The notes under the pieces: model-generated
The model's input: the letters and a program-made list of their open reading frames with translations, nothing else
The model's database searches: none
What the model was told of the DNA's origin: nothing
NCBI GenBank assembly: GCA_013239625.1
Contig: MU057357.1
Span: forward strand, 20,659,298 to 20,723,297
DNA length: 64,000 nt
Reading direction: 5' to 3'
Source of the DNA: Lama guanicoe
Taxonomy: Eukaryota
Program-made: the position numbers and the translations under genes
Part shown: piece after piece, positions 21,951-34,482 of the stretch
Numbering within the stretch: position 1 is the stretch's first letter
How the letters are laid out: every line of letters starts with the position of its first letter

Positions 21951-22984
21951 CAGTTCTCTTGCCCCTGCTCCTCCTCTCTCCCTCTCTGGGCTCTTCCTGG
22001 CCAAAGCCATTCCTTCATGATGTCCTGGTTCTAATCAGTCCACTCTCCATGACAGGCAGGGACGTTTTGCAGCTCAGCGTCCCTCTGACTGATGTCTACC
22101 ACTAATTCCTTAAATTTACATATCATCTTTCTTCCCTCCATCTCATAGCACTTAACAGACAAGTAGGGCACAAATGATTTAACTAAGTGAAATGCAGAGG
22201 CCTGCTTGTCTTGAGATTCTGCAAACTAGTGGATTAGCTCGGATGTCAGCACTGAATTATGATCCTTCAGCTGCTCGTGCTTAGCACGCCACCAGCATTA
22301 ACTCCCTGGCCTTCCAGGGGTCCTTTAAATCATGCACAGTGATTATCATCTTCTTGTGCGAGAGAGAGGAGAGAGGAGAAGGAAGGAGGGTTGAGGAGAG
22401 GGGCCAGCTCAGGTCCCCAGGAGAGGCAGTCTGGGAAACCTTTGGCCTGGCTGTGCCTGAAGTTTTAGCAACAGGATGGGTAAATAAAACAGACCCGGAT
22501 GAAATCCAGCCAGCCCGGCGCTTTACACCTCCACACACATTTTACTTACTAAATTCTAACCATTATGCTATGATTCCCCCGCTGCTTAAGAATGTAAATT
22601 CTCACAAGTGACAGTATTTCTGCCAAGCAATTTTCAGGCAGCCACTGGGTCTTATTTGTGAAACTTAAGGAAGAAGGCTGAATAATAAGTCTCTGAAATC
22701 TGGTTTCCTTCATATACAAGGTGGAAACAGTAAAAGCTTGGAAATTACTGGAGCCTGGGAGCTCCGGGGGGTTCTCACTGGTGGCTCAGTGGTCTGGATG
22801 CTCCCACAGGTCAGCCTGTTATTATTCATTCATCTCACCTTTGGAAAGGGCTCTTGGCTCAGGAGAATGGGCGGGAACTGTGAAGAGATTATACGGACCT
22901 GAGGGATTACCAGAGGTGAGCTGATTCTCCCTCTGCTCTTGCTTCCAACCGACAGCCTCGTAGCATTCTTCATCCATGTGTTTG

Positions 22985-23480
22985 TCATTCATTCATTCGT
23001 GGGAACAAAATTTTCTTGAGTAATGGCAGGTATATGTCACTATCTAGGGGGAGGGAGAAAAAGCAGTATTAACCACTCTATGTGTAACACCAGGGCCTTA
23101 TAGTCTAACCGTGGTGACAAGAAAGACATACACAAAATAGTTAAATTATAGTACAAGGCAGTGGGTGGTTACTTGCTGAAACACATGAAAAATGGCCTCA
23201 AGTCTTTTTAAAAACAGGGTAAAATCAGTGGTACAGTGCGTAAATGCTCCAGTTGTTGAGAGAAGAGAGCAATTAATGTCGAAATGTGCCAGATTGGTTA
23301 GGAGGAGAACTCGCAAAGGAGGTGGGAGGTCAGGGGAAGGGGGGGGGGTAGGGGGGTGGTAGGCAGAGAATTCCAGGTAGGAGGAGAAAACAGAACAGCG
23401 CCCAGCAGAGAAGCCAGTTTGCTTTGAATAGAGTGTGATTGATTGCCCGGTCTTGGGACAGGGTACTGGGGGCACAGCTG
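22985..23480 (-). mobile_element. Degenerate LINE2 3' fragment
   Basis: tcattcattcattc start followed by an L2-like body (cttatagtctaa, gagaattccaggtaggagg). Confidence 0.45.
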
Positions 23481-23514
23481 AAGTGAAAGGTCCTACTGCT
23501 TGAAGATGGGAAAA

Positions 23515-23730
23515 CCTGAAGTCAAGTCAAGCTCTACTATTTACTAGCTTCTCTACCTTGGACAAGTCACTTGAACCTTTCTGAGCCTCAGTTTCTGTAT
23601 CCTGTGCACAGTAAGATTAGTAAGACCTAGCTCGCAACCTTATTACAATGATTAAGTTATGAATACATATCCACATGCCTTGTAACCTGTAAAGCAGTAT
23701 GCAAATATGACATAATTATTATCATTAATA
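23515..23730 (+). mobile_element. MIR SINE
   Basis: gctctactatttactagct...accttggacaagtcacttgaacctttctgagcctcagtttc. Confidence 0.7.
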
Positions 23731-25408
23731 GCAGTTGTAATGAGATCTGATAGGAGAAGCATAGGTTTGGAAGATCTTCGAGTGTCTGGCTGTGGCACCA
23801 GTACCTCCTCCCTCAGCAGATCACCGTCATTAAAATTCTCTGCCGCAGACAGCAGTCTACTTATCTGTGCTGACTTTGGTCTTGAAGAGGTGCCATGTTG
23901 TGGGGTATTAGACCAGCATGGTTCTGGTTAGTGAAGGAGACTCAAACTGGAATGCCCACTACGCATCCTAAACTGGGCTGATAAAACTTTAGGAGAGGGT
24001 AGCTTCTAGAGCAATAGTCCATGAGAGTCTAACTGGGAAGGGCTTAGGGGAGATGGGGAGGAGGGAGAGAGGTGGCCAGGAGGAGGGAAGGAGCTATTCC
24101 TGGGCCCCTGATGGGAGGATTGTCACAGACTGCTCTCACTAGAAGGATGGTGTCAGCAAGGGTAAGAACAGCAGACCAGTGGTCCAGGAAGTGCCCTGTT
24201 GATTCAGGGCTCTGGAGGGCTTGCCTGTCCTTCCCTGCCAAGCCCAGCATGTTCCCAGTCTCCGCTGAATAAGAAAGCTCCGTGCATACGTCTCAGATTA
24301 ACATGATCCTGAAGTGTCTGATGTGCTGGTGCAAAAGTGCCCTTGCCATCTTGCAGAAGTGTTCAACGAAGATGTTTCAGGGCCAAAAAGAGACAGTGAG
24401 ATTTTTCTCCTCAGAAGCCATCTTATTCTCTGTGCTCCTGCACAAGCTGGATTTGCCAGTGCAGGTCCCCAAGCTGTGTCTGGAAGGCACGCGGTCTGCC
24501 AACAGGAACAGGAGCTCCGTCTTCCACATAGTACTTGATATATTTAAAAGCTAATCAGCCAAAAGATACGCTCTTCTAACATTTGGCTGGGTGAAACCCT
24601 CATTTCCCAAAACATGTATATGCTCTGCTAAACACATAGCCCTTGTTCGTGATGATGACAGCACCTGTTTTCATTGGGTCTATGTTTGCCTAGTCTCTGA
24701 GAGAGGCCAAGGTCTGGCCTCCCCAGGGTGGGCAGACAGGGGAGTCGGGTATCAGGCCCCCTGAATCACCCCTACTCAGCCACCATTCCCTGTTCTGCTT
24801 GAAGTTGATGCTGGGCTTCTGGGTTACAGTCACTAAAGCCCAGGCACTATCTAGAAACACTGCTGCAGACAGAAGGTTTGAAATGTCTTCCATTTGGATG
24901 GTGCCCAGCCAAGATGATAAAGGCTTGAAGCATAAAACACCCGACCAGAGTCATCCTCTATCCTAGCAGCCACTTCACCCCCTTAGACTTCATTCAGTTC
25001 ATTAGAGTGCACTGGCCCTTTGGGTAAACCAATGATGAATAAAACGTGGGTCTGGCCTCTCAGACTCTAGGAGGAAAGACAAGCACAAACACAACCAGCC
25101 CAGACATCAAGCCAACAGGGCTGGGTGCCATACGTAAAAGGCACAAAGGAAGTGATGCATGGAAGAGGCAGGAGGGACCTGCTTGACGTAAAGACTCAAG
25201 AAAGGGCTTCAGGAGGACACAGGATTTGAATTGGGGCTCTGAAGGAACCTTAAGAAAGGGACCCAGGGCCTGGAGAACAAGTCCATACATAAGCAAAAGA
25301 CCCCCCAAACTCTGGTCACAGCTTTTCCCTGAAGGGGCCAGAACTGCCAACTGGTGTCTTTCCCACACGTTTACCAGGAACCTCTGTTTGGGTTTGTTTT
25401 CCCGCCAG

Positions 25409-25671
25409 ATGACAGGAATTTCTTGCGGCTGCAGAGCGATGGCCGGAGAGAAGGGCAGTACGCGCGGCTCATCAGCCCACCCGTCCACCTGCCACGGAGC
25501 CCCGTGTGCATGGAGTTCCAGTACCAAGCCACGGGCGGCCGCGGGGTGGCGCTGCAGGTGGTGCGCGAAGCCAGCCAGGAGAGCAAGCTCCTCTGGGTTA
25601 TCCGTGAGGACCAGGGCGGCGAGTGGAAACACGGGAGGATCATCTTGCCCAGCTACGACATGGAGTACCAG
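25409..25671 (+). CDS. NRP2: NRP2 exon 13 (263 nt), MAM domain: (D)DRNFLRLQSDGRREGQYARLISPPVHLPRSPVCMEFQYQ...WKHGRIILPSYDMEYQ
   Basis: Acceptor cccgccag|AT and donor CAG|gtcggg. MAM motifs ARLISP and CMEFQY. Phase 1 to 0. Confidence 0.96.
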
Positions 25672-27099
25672 GTCGGGTGGCGACGGGGGACGGTGCGGGG
25701 ATCCAAGGGAATCGTCGTGATCTGTGTTTCAGTATTTCAGAGGGCCGGGCCCATTCATCATTAGGGAACGCGGTTAAGCGCCGTTGTGTTCAGTGTGGTT
25801 CTCACGTTGCCATGGCAACTAAATGACACTCTTATTTGTTATTCAGAATGTGCCTATCTCGACACCCAGACTTGGTTCTTTGTTCCTCCTGTTGCCTTTT
25901 ATATTGCTGAAATCTTCTCCGACAAATGTTTTTCTCTCCATTTTATTTTAGATTGCTATCAGGTAGGCTGACAAACGGACACAGAAGGCAGGGAAATAAA
26001 CACAAACAAACCCTCCACACCCAAGGGAAGAGGCCTGTGGAGCCCCTCAGACTGGGAGGAGGAGAGGGGAACAGCCCCCCAGCCCTGTCCCAGCACGTGT
26101 GAACGCAGGAAGGGGAGGGGAGCTGTTTTGTGCTCAGTGGCCAGCAGACCAGAGAGACTCCTAAGTGAGTGGTTTCTCTCCCAACGGCTCCAGGAGTTGA
26201 GTTCTATTATCTCCTGCCCACAGAGCAAGAGACTGAGGCACAGACGGGTCTTTGCCTCTGTGGCTGCGCCTTGGGGAGGAGTAGGCACGCAGTGGAAGAG
26301 GTGACGGAGAACCAGCCAAAGCATTAACCTGCTCCTCCCTAGACGAGAGGCAGCAACAGATGGCTGGTGAGGCAGCCAACTGCTCGCTCAGCTTGCCAGA
26401 GGACATGTGCTCGTTCGCAGAGAGAACCTAGGGAGGGCGAGAAGGAGGGCTGACTGGAGACCATAGAGCCCAGGGGCTCCTGTGTGCAGCCTGCAGTCAC
26501 TGTCAGGCTTGTAAGGCATCCTGAGTTCCTTTCCGCCACATCTGCGTTCCCACTCACGGACCTCGATGCGCTGTGCGGCCAGTACCTGTTGGCATTTCTG
26601 TCTCACCCACTAGGCGCTGAGGTTCTCCGGGCAGAGGGTCTTGTATTATTAGGTTTTAACTGTCGTTGTGCCTAGCATGTAGTAGGTGCTTAGTAAACTA
26701 GTGGTGAAGGAAAATCACTTCTCTTCGAGTTGTCATCATGGAGCCATAAGATCGTGCTACCCCCAAGGCAATTCAAACCTGTATACTACGTGTCTTACCT
26801 TACCCTACCTGCTCACATCCTCTGAGCTTCCCAATACCTGGGTTGGGTGTTTAGAAGATTTATAAGAAAAAAACCATCCAAAAAGGCTGGGGAAATTTCA
26901 GCTCTCCTTTAAACACGCTCTGACTGTGGTCCTTTTAGACAGTATACTCTAGTCACTGGACAACAATATCCATCACTTTGTTATTTATATGTATATATAT
27001 AATCCCCTCAAATTTGCATTTGATTTGAACCAACTCTTTTCAAATCAAGATTTCAAGCACCATAGCCATGTGATCAACAGATGTGTACCAGGTGCAGCA

Positions 27100-27134
27100 A
27101 CACACACACACGCGCATGCACACACACACACACA
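27100..27134 (+). repeat. Interrupted (CA)n microsatellite
   Basis: acacacacacacgcgcatgcacacacacacacaca. Confidence 0.85.
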
Positions 27135-27227
27135 TTGTAAGCCGCAGTTAACAGAAAATTGGAAATCTTTGCACTGTTTGGACCAGGAAGCTCAGTTAAC
27201 CATGGCTCTTTTTCTTCTGGCTTCTAG

Positions 27228-27324
27228 ATTGTGTTCGAGGGAGTTATAGGAAAAGGACGTTCGGGAGAAATTGCTATTGATGACATTCGGATAAGCACCG
27301 ACGTCCCACTGGAGAACTGTATGG
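27228..27324 (+). CDS. NRP2: NRP2 exon 14 (97 nt), end of MAM domain: IVFEGVIGKGRSGEIAIDDIRISTDVPLENCM
   Basis: Acceptor cttctag|ATT and donor ATGG|gtatgt. MAM motif IAIDDI. Too short to appear in the ORF track in this frame. Confidence 0.96.
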
Positions 27325-28464
27325 GTATGTGAATATCTGTCCCTTTGAGGCTCTCCCAAGGGCTGGGATATACAAGAGGAGGCAGTACATCATTTTCAAA
27401 CACAGCTGTTACCCGGTGGTTGGGGCAGCGCCAGTCTATGCAGGAGGCGAGGTGTGAGCACCGTGTAACTTAGGCTGCATTCAGGAAGGGAGCGGTGTGA
27501 GAGGAGGTGAAGTCTTAAATCCCCGTTCCCATTCAGAAATAGACATGCAATAAGTATATGGAGATTCAGGGTGCCAAGACTCCAGCTTTTAGCAAAGAAA
27601 ATGCTAGAGGATGAGAGCAACTGCCAGTCAAAATTACATGCTGGAAAGGCTTGATGGATTTAATGGAAGCCTTCACTTGGGAGCAAAAATAGTACATATG
27701 TTGTCTCAGAGTGATAACACAATTACCCACGCAGTTCTTTTACATGAATGAATTGCCAGGCAAACCATGGCCTGTGAGGTAAGAGTTTAGATTCTACTTT
27801 GGAGCTAAGACCTCTAATGCCCAAGGTCCCAAAGTCATAAGGTTAAACACTGCAAGCCAGGTGACCAGCACAGGAAGGACAATGTCGCCTTGAACAGAAG
27901 TGCTGAGTAGCCAACCTACCTGCGATACACACATTTTCCTCAGTTCACCCCAAGGGCCACCTCCCCTCAGAGCCATGGATATCCCCAAAAGCAAGAGGAA
28001 CCCTGAGAAGGAACGGGACCTGCTTTTAGTCTGCAGAGTGACTGTAATGACTCACCACGTGCTTCTCTTGGCTCTTGGCTCCCGGGCAGGGAGCATGTGC
28101 CTGGTGATGTCAGAAGCACTTGGGACTGCCCTAGTCCCTTCAGGCAACTCTCGGAGCCCAGGCATCTAAAAGTAATCCAGGCTCTGAGAAAGTAATCAGT
28201 GGTAAGTGACTGATTACAATGCTTCAGGGACCTGTTACTCTATAAAGGACTTTTTTGTTCCAAAGCAACTTTGAGAGTCTTGTCCCCGCCCACCCGGCCC
28301 CCATGCTGATGGTGTGTCAGATGTGGTCTAGAGCATGTGGAGGACATGGGGTACTTCCCGCAGGATATTACAAAACAGCTTGATGAAAGTCATCTTCATC
28401 CTATTCTGTGTGCACCCTTTTTCTTCCCCTTAGCTAACTCAAAATTCTTTCTTTTTTTTTCTAG

Positions 28465-28500
28465 AACCCATCTCAGCTTTTGCAGGTGAGAATTTTAAAG
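28465..28500 (+). CDS. NRP2: NRP2 micro-exon 15: (E)PISAFA, ending at 28485 (21 nt) or 28500 (36 nt, +GENFK)
   Basis: Long T-tract ending ctag|AACCCATCTCAGCTTTTGCAG|gtgagAATTTTAAAG|gtaaaa. Two in-frame donors match the known 5-aa GENFK insert isoforms. Confidence 0.93.
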
Positions 28501-28629
28501 GTAAAAAAAAGTTTTTTTTTAATTTCTGCATGTCTTTTCCTTCCCCCTATGTAATGTGGATTTGGTGGAGGCAATAAACCTCCAAATTTGACAAAGCTCA
28601 CAAGAGAAACTAGATGCCACAGCTTCCCA

Positions 28630-28643
28630 CCACTAGATGGCAC
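28630..28643 (+). promoter_or_regulatory. Candidate CTCF binding site
   Basis: CCACTAGATGGCAC matches the core consensus CCASYAGRKGGCRS at every position. Confidence 0.6.
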
Positions 28644-31600
28644 CAACAACACCTGTAGGTGTGGGGAAAGGAGGATTGAGATCCTCGCTGTCTCTTGTTT
28701 AATTAAAGTTTAGAAACCTATAATAGAGACAAATAGGTTACAGATAAACCTTTCAGCCTTGCACTGTCCAGCGGAGAGCAATGGGGCTGAGATGCATGAG
28801 TGGTGAGAAAGGAGATGCTGCGGGGAGACGGAACAAAAAAAAGCAGCAGTAAATTAAAAGTGAAATGAGGTGGCAATGATTTATTTTCGCTTGAAGATGC
28901 TTTCTTTCCAGTTACGGGGTACCAAGGCAGCGGTCTCAATTAACCCTCAGTGAGGTGCGCTGCGGGCAGTTTGGGGAGGGAAGGAAGTTAGGGGAAAGAC
29001 AAGGAATGATAATCCTAAGGAGGAAAAGTTGCAGGATTCAGGAGCTGGTGTCCAATAAGGGAAAGAAGGAGGCACATTTGGTGACAGGAGTTAGAGCTCT
29101 TGCAATACAGGACTGAAAAAACAGAAGAGGACCTTTTCTCCCTAATGAAGTACATAGAGGGCAAAGACAAGGGAATTTGGGACACTTGCCTTATCCAGGG
29201 AGGGCGGAAGGACCTCCAGGGTTGGGTGATGCTCATGTCTGTGCCATTTCATGCAGTGGGTTTCTCATTTTGCCTCTTCTTAGTTGGCACTGCGAAAGTT
29301 TCCACCCGAGTTCCAATGCTAAGCATTTAGAAGCCACTCTATAAATGTTTCACTTGAGTTGACCTGGGTGTAAAAGCACACCCAGAGACACTCACCTTCA
29401 CCTAGTGACAGAGCCCAGTCTATGCAAACAACCGTGGGTGTTTCTGTGCCCTGTTTGCATGGGCTGGCCTGAACCCCACAGGTGCTGGCAGTTCAGAGAT
29501 AAGGGAAGTCATTTTTATATCTGAAGTCTAGACTTGTTATCTTCACTCTCATTAATCTGCCCAGCTCCTGGCCAGAAAGAGATGAATTCCTGGTGTTCCA
29601 CCGAGCTGCACTCTCTGACTCCAAAGCATCTCGCCCAATTTGCCACCAATCCCCCACAGCCTAGGACAGGAGATGAGGCAGCAGAATAGGGAACGACAGA
29701 CCTAGAGAGAGTATCTTTTCTTTCTTTCTCACCCTTCCTTGCCTCCTGACCCCCATCCCCACTCCCCATTGCCCCTTTTAAAGTATTGAGAGTATTCACG
29801 TGCCTATGTTGGTTCTCATGGTGTGTGAGATTTCTGTTAATGTGAATCTTAAGTATTGGAAGGAAAGCTGAGGTCAAAACTGAATGTTGAAGTTGAATTC
29901 AAGTTCTGACCTTCCGGAATGATGATGTTGGGGAAGTGAAACCTGCTTTTGTTGTTTCACTTGATTTTACTGATGGTTGAGACTCAGAGCTCCCAGGAAA
30001 GGCTGTTTAGGGGACTCACAGCCATCGCCGCAGACGCTCTGCGGGGTGAGCACGCATGTCCGGGTCCGTGACTGACAAGTGCGGTGGCCAAGCGCTTTGC
30101 TTCCGTGAGAGAATCAACAAATCAGAGCACATGTGCTCTCCTGGAGGCTGTGTTTACTGTGAGGCTTCACAGGACAGTTATGTTCTCTTGTAAAAATATA
30201 CATGTAAATAAAATATCAGAGCCGCAGGGCTCATTTAGCCAGAATAAATACAGAGCTTAGGGACTTGGAGGTAAGGATGTCCAGTGTGCTCCTGATGTGC
30301 TGGTTTGGGGGTTAAGCCAAGGCAGCCCATGAGTAGCACGGATTGGCCTACCACTGTTGTCTTGGGAAATCATGAGCATCCTTGGAAGGAGGAAACCGAG
30401 GGGTGGGGAGCAGAGACTTGGCCAAGGAGCCAAGAGCAGGATGGGAATTGGGATTGGACAGTTTCAATCACAACGGCAAGTTTTACATGAAACTCCTGAC
30501 TTGGTAGCCGGGTGAACCCAGGGCCAGGGAGGCGTCTTTGGGGCTGAGGCCCCTCTGACCTCAGCCTGCACCTCTGTTCTGACTTGGCAAAGCCTTCCAT
30601 CTGGGAGGGGAAAGAGGACCATTTGCTCTGTCTAACCTAGTGACCTCCCCTGTTCAGGGCAGCGGCAGCCCTCGCTTGGTGGAAGCGCAGATGCTTTGGG
30701 GATTAAATCAGCCTTTTCACTCAAAAAGAGAAACAGAGATATCAGGTTTGGGCAGGCAGGATCTGGAAAGTTGATGGTGAAACCCTATTAACAACAGGCG
30801 TACACATTGTGAGCATGTTGGGTTGTTTTTTTTTAACTTGGGTTGCTTTCTTTTCCATTATAAATTAGCCATGAGAGAGAAGTACTCTTATTGTTTAGAA
30901 GAGACCAATGTATACAAGGTAGATCTTTACAAGAATGCAATAAAAGTGGCCTCTGGACCGGGTCATATTAGATTGCCTTAATCTTTTATATTTTGAAGTG
31001 TCTTTCATTTTCTGCCTCTTACTCATTTCTTGCCATGAAACATTTTCTTTTTATTCAAGTCGCCTTGTGTTTTCTGCCTGGTGTGTATACTTTGATTGTA
31101 TCCGGGGTATGAGTCAGTATGAAGAGAAACAAGTCATGGAGAAAAAGAGAAACGTGGAGAAAAGGGACAAGGAGAGAGAATGAATAAGCTGTGTTGTCAT
31201 GTGATGTTTAAAAAGACTTTTTTCTTGTTCTAAACAAAGTAGACTGGGTGTGCATTTTTTTTCCTTTTTTCATTTTTTTTAAGCACTGGCTATAAACATA
31301 GTGCCGTCATGCATCTTTTTCTAGAATTTGAGCTTTAACAAATGAAAATCTGTGTAAAGGAAAGGCGGGGGAAGGAACCGAAAAGTGGTGTAATTAAGGT
31401 GATGGATTACTTTTTCTCAACCAATACTTTCTTTTTTCAATAAAAGTAAAAAAGAATAATAAAGAAGCCAGTAAACATATATAAGGCCCATAATCAGAGT
31501 TCTTCCGTTGTTAACCAGGGGGTTATTTTCAGCAGGTCGCAGTAAAAGCAAGAGTTCTTGTTCCTGTTAGAAGCTGTGGGCTTTGAACAAAGCAGGAGCA

Positions 31601-33199
31601 GAGAGACAGTCTGGTGCCCTACCCGTTAGAGACCCGTGGAAATCCCAGGCACGGGTGGTAGCTTGAGGGAAGGATTCCGAAGCACTGTGTCTACCACGGA
31701 TGGATACTAAAAGGAACATCAGTAGCTCCTGTTCACGGCTGTGACCGTGGGTTTTATCTCAGACCAGTTCTGAGGGCTGTGGGGCCCGTCTCTGGGTTTC
31801 ACTCTCTGCAGTCCTCTGCGGTGTTCGTCCAGGTAACACCAGGAGACAGCGAACATCGCAGGCTGTCTTGTGGGCACAGGGGGGACCCATTTGGGGATAA
31901 TGACAGGGCTGGCCTGGGTTTGACCCTGTACATCAGGTTTTCAGTTCTGATTATTTGGTACCAACTGGCCCACCTCCACCCTTTCCCACCCCTACCTGTC
32001 TCTTCTTCCATCCCCACCCTCGTCCCGATCTCCATCAGCTGTCTCCCCAGGGCTTTGCCCACCAGCGTGATGACCCCATCCCAGGGCACATGACCTGGGG
32101 TTGGCCTCAAATTCCCTCTCTCTGTGGCTTCTCTTCCTCCCAGGACCCTCTCTACCAGAAGCACTTCCGAGATGCGGTGAGGGTTAAATGGCGTTCCGTA
32201 ACCCTCTGATGAAAGGCAGAGAAGTATTCGTGAACCCTGCCAGGGCTCCAGCTAGGCAGCTGTGGTGCGTGACTCCACCCTGGCACTCTCCCCCTGATGC
32301 CCCCAGCTGCCAGGTTCGGGCTTGGTGTTGCTGAGCTAGGAAGCCTGGATATGAGACGCGTGTGAACCGCTAACTGTCCGGCTGCCACGGCTAACCTAAG
32401 AGGACACCGAGGCATCCTTTGTGAGGTTTGCCTCACAGAAGCCTGACACATCCCCTCCACAAGTTTACCACTCATCTGGACAGCTGCCCACATCAGTTTC
32501 TCTAAGGGGAGAGGGACATTTTTTCCTCTCTCCAACAACAGAAAAGCCTTAGTTGAAAAGAAGGAGCCTAAGTGCCACCATACAGAGAAGTGTCCGAGAC
32601 TTCAGCATCTGAATTAGGAGGCGTTTTAGACAGATGTGGGGCATCAGCACAGGTTCTGCTAAACTAGTGGAAACCTTCCGATGATCTTTCATACGCTGCT
32701 TGTAGGGCAAACCGAAGGAGCCGTTTCTCAGGGACATGTTGTGCTTTTACATTCTTCTTCCAAACAGATCGGTGGGCGTGGCCACATTCTTCTATTCTCT
32801 TCTGTAAACTCTCCTAGAGGAGCCAGTCTTCTCTTTTGCTTGCTGAATCTCAAATGCCCCTTTTATCCAAAATGCCCCTTCAGCTGGGACTTCACTTTCA
32901 ACCTACACATAAAAGACTGCTGGCAGCCCAGACCTAAAACACTTCTTATTTGCAATGAGCCTTTTTTTTCCCCTTCTGAGAGAGATAATTTACCTCTGGG
33001 GTCTTTCGAAACTTTTCGTTTGGAAACCTGGGTGACTCCTCCAGGTCCGGAGGACATTTCATACACTTAGCTGTGGGAGATGCTTTCTCTCTTCAGTGAC
33101 TCAGTGAGGACTTGACAGAGCCAGTCCTCAGGTTCAGACAGAAGGCAGAGGCAGAAAGGGAGAGAGCTGCTTCCTGCTACAGCCCTTCGTGGTTAGAAC

Positions 33200-33385
33200 A
33201 AGGCCCTGCGCACGTTTTCTGTAAAAGGACAGATAGTAAATATGCTGGCCTTTAGGACCCTCTGTGTCGCTGGTACTCACCTCTGCCCCTGTAGCACAAA
33301 AGCGGCCGGCCATAAGCCATACGTAACGAGCGTGGCTGGCTGTGTTCCAAAATGTGCAGAAACAGGCAGTGAGCCAGATTCGGTT
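33200..33385. mobile_element. hAT-Charlie MITE (MER58A-like)
   Basis: ttttctgtaaaaggacagatagtaaatat...tactcacctctgcccctgtagcacaaaagc...ggctgtgttccaa...aaacaggcagtgagccagatt. Confidence 0.7.
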
Positions 33386-34454
33386 ATCTGAGCCTTGAGG
33401 CCCAGCACGGGCTGAGGATTTGGTCCACGTGCTTCCGGCTTCCCGTCCTGAGCCTGCCGCTTCCCAGCGGCGTGACCTCCCTAAGAGGGCTCAGGGCTGT
33501 CTCTAGGGTTTCATTGTGTGCTGTTCTGCCCTCCTCCTGAACTTTCCTCCAGGGAAACTGGGAGAAAAATCACTTCTTCTCTCAGGTGCTCAGCTCTTCC
33601 ATCTGAGAGTCCTGAGGAATAAAGATGATTCACGTGAGGCCAAAGCCCAGCACCCAGGAAGTGTTCCCTCATTCCAGCTGTGGTCAGGGTCACATTTCCC
33701 AATGGCTTGTTAATTCGGTTACCCTATTTGCATAATAGGAATAGGAGGAACCTACCTATGGTGTTATTTTTTCCCCTTGTTTTCCTCCCATGCATGGCTT
33801 CGTAGAATTTATTATTTCTCAAAATTCAACTTCTCCACCTTCACCTTGCCCCTTTCTCCAGGGAGCTCAGAACTTTTACAGATGGAAGCCTGCTCAATCT
33901 TGCAAATACAGTTGGAGTTATTGACTATTTAAATGTCTGTTTCTCATTATCTCACACAATGGGAAAACTTTGTGGAGAATTAGAAGGTGGAAATTAATTT
34001 TAAAAAAAAAGAACAGGAGTTGAAAGCATTTTCCAACTAGGGGGAAAAAGGTATGTGAGTAAGTGGGGGAAGTTAGAGCAATCAAAGGGGACTTTCATTC
34101 AGCACATCATCAGTGCTGGACAAGGTTGAAGTCATCACCTGTGTTCTTTCTCCCATCCTGGGGGACATGGCCCAGGCTACTGTGTTGTGAAGCAATGGCC
34201 CAGCCATCCCATATGGCTGAGGGGGCAAATGGGGCTAAAATATGGCCACTTACCAACCTGGACACCTGGTGCAGGCAGCATCGGCCCGAAGGGGGCACCT
34301 TTTTTGCGATTTGACATAGAGGCACAGTATGAGCTAAGAGAATGTAGCACTTACCAAGAATAACTATTCTGTGAAGTACCATTAGGCCATCAGCATTTTT
34401 CCAGGGATTCCGCCAATGTTGGTCCAGCATGCATGCCTCCACTCATCTGTCCAC

Positions 34455-34482
34455 CCGTCCATCCATCCATCCATCCATCCAC
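34455..34482 (+). repeat. (CCAT)n tetranucleotide repeat
   Basis: ccgtccatccatccatccatccatccac. Confidence 0.85.

Noticed and set aside
25060-25632. 190-aa minus-strand ORF
   Set aside because: Antisense shadow of GC-rich exon 13, with no recognisable domain and a non-ATG start.
30998-31183. 61-aa ORF-track call with charged C-terminus
   Set aside because: Its frame is not the one produced by splicing from phase-1 exon 15 to the AG at 31058-31059, and it has a non-ATG start.
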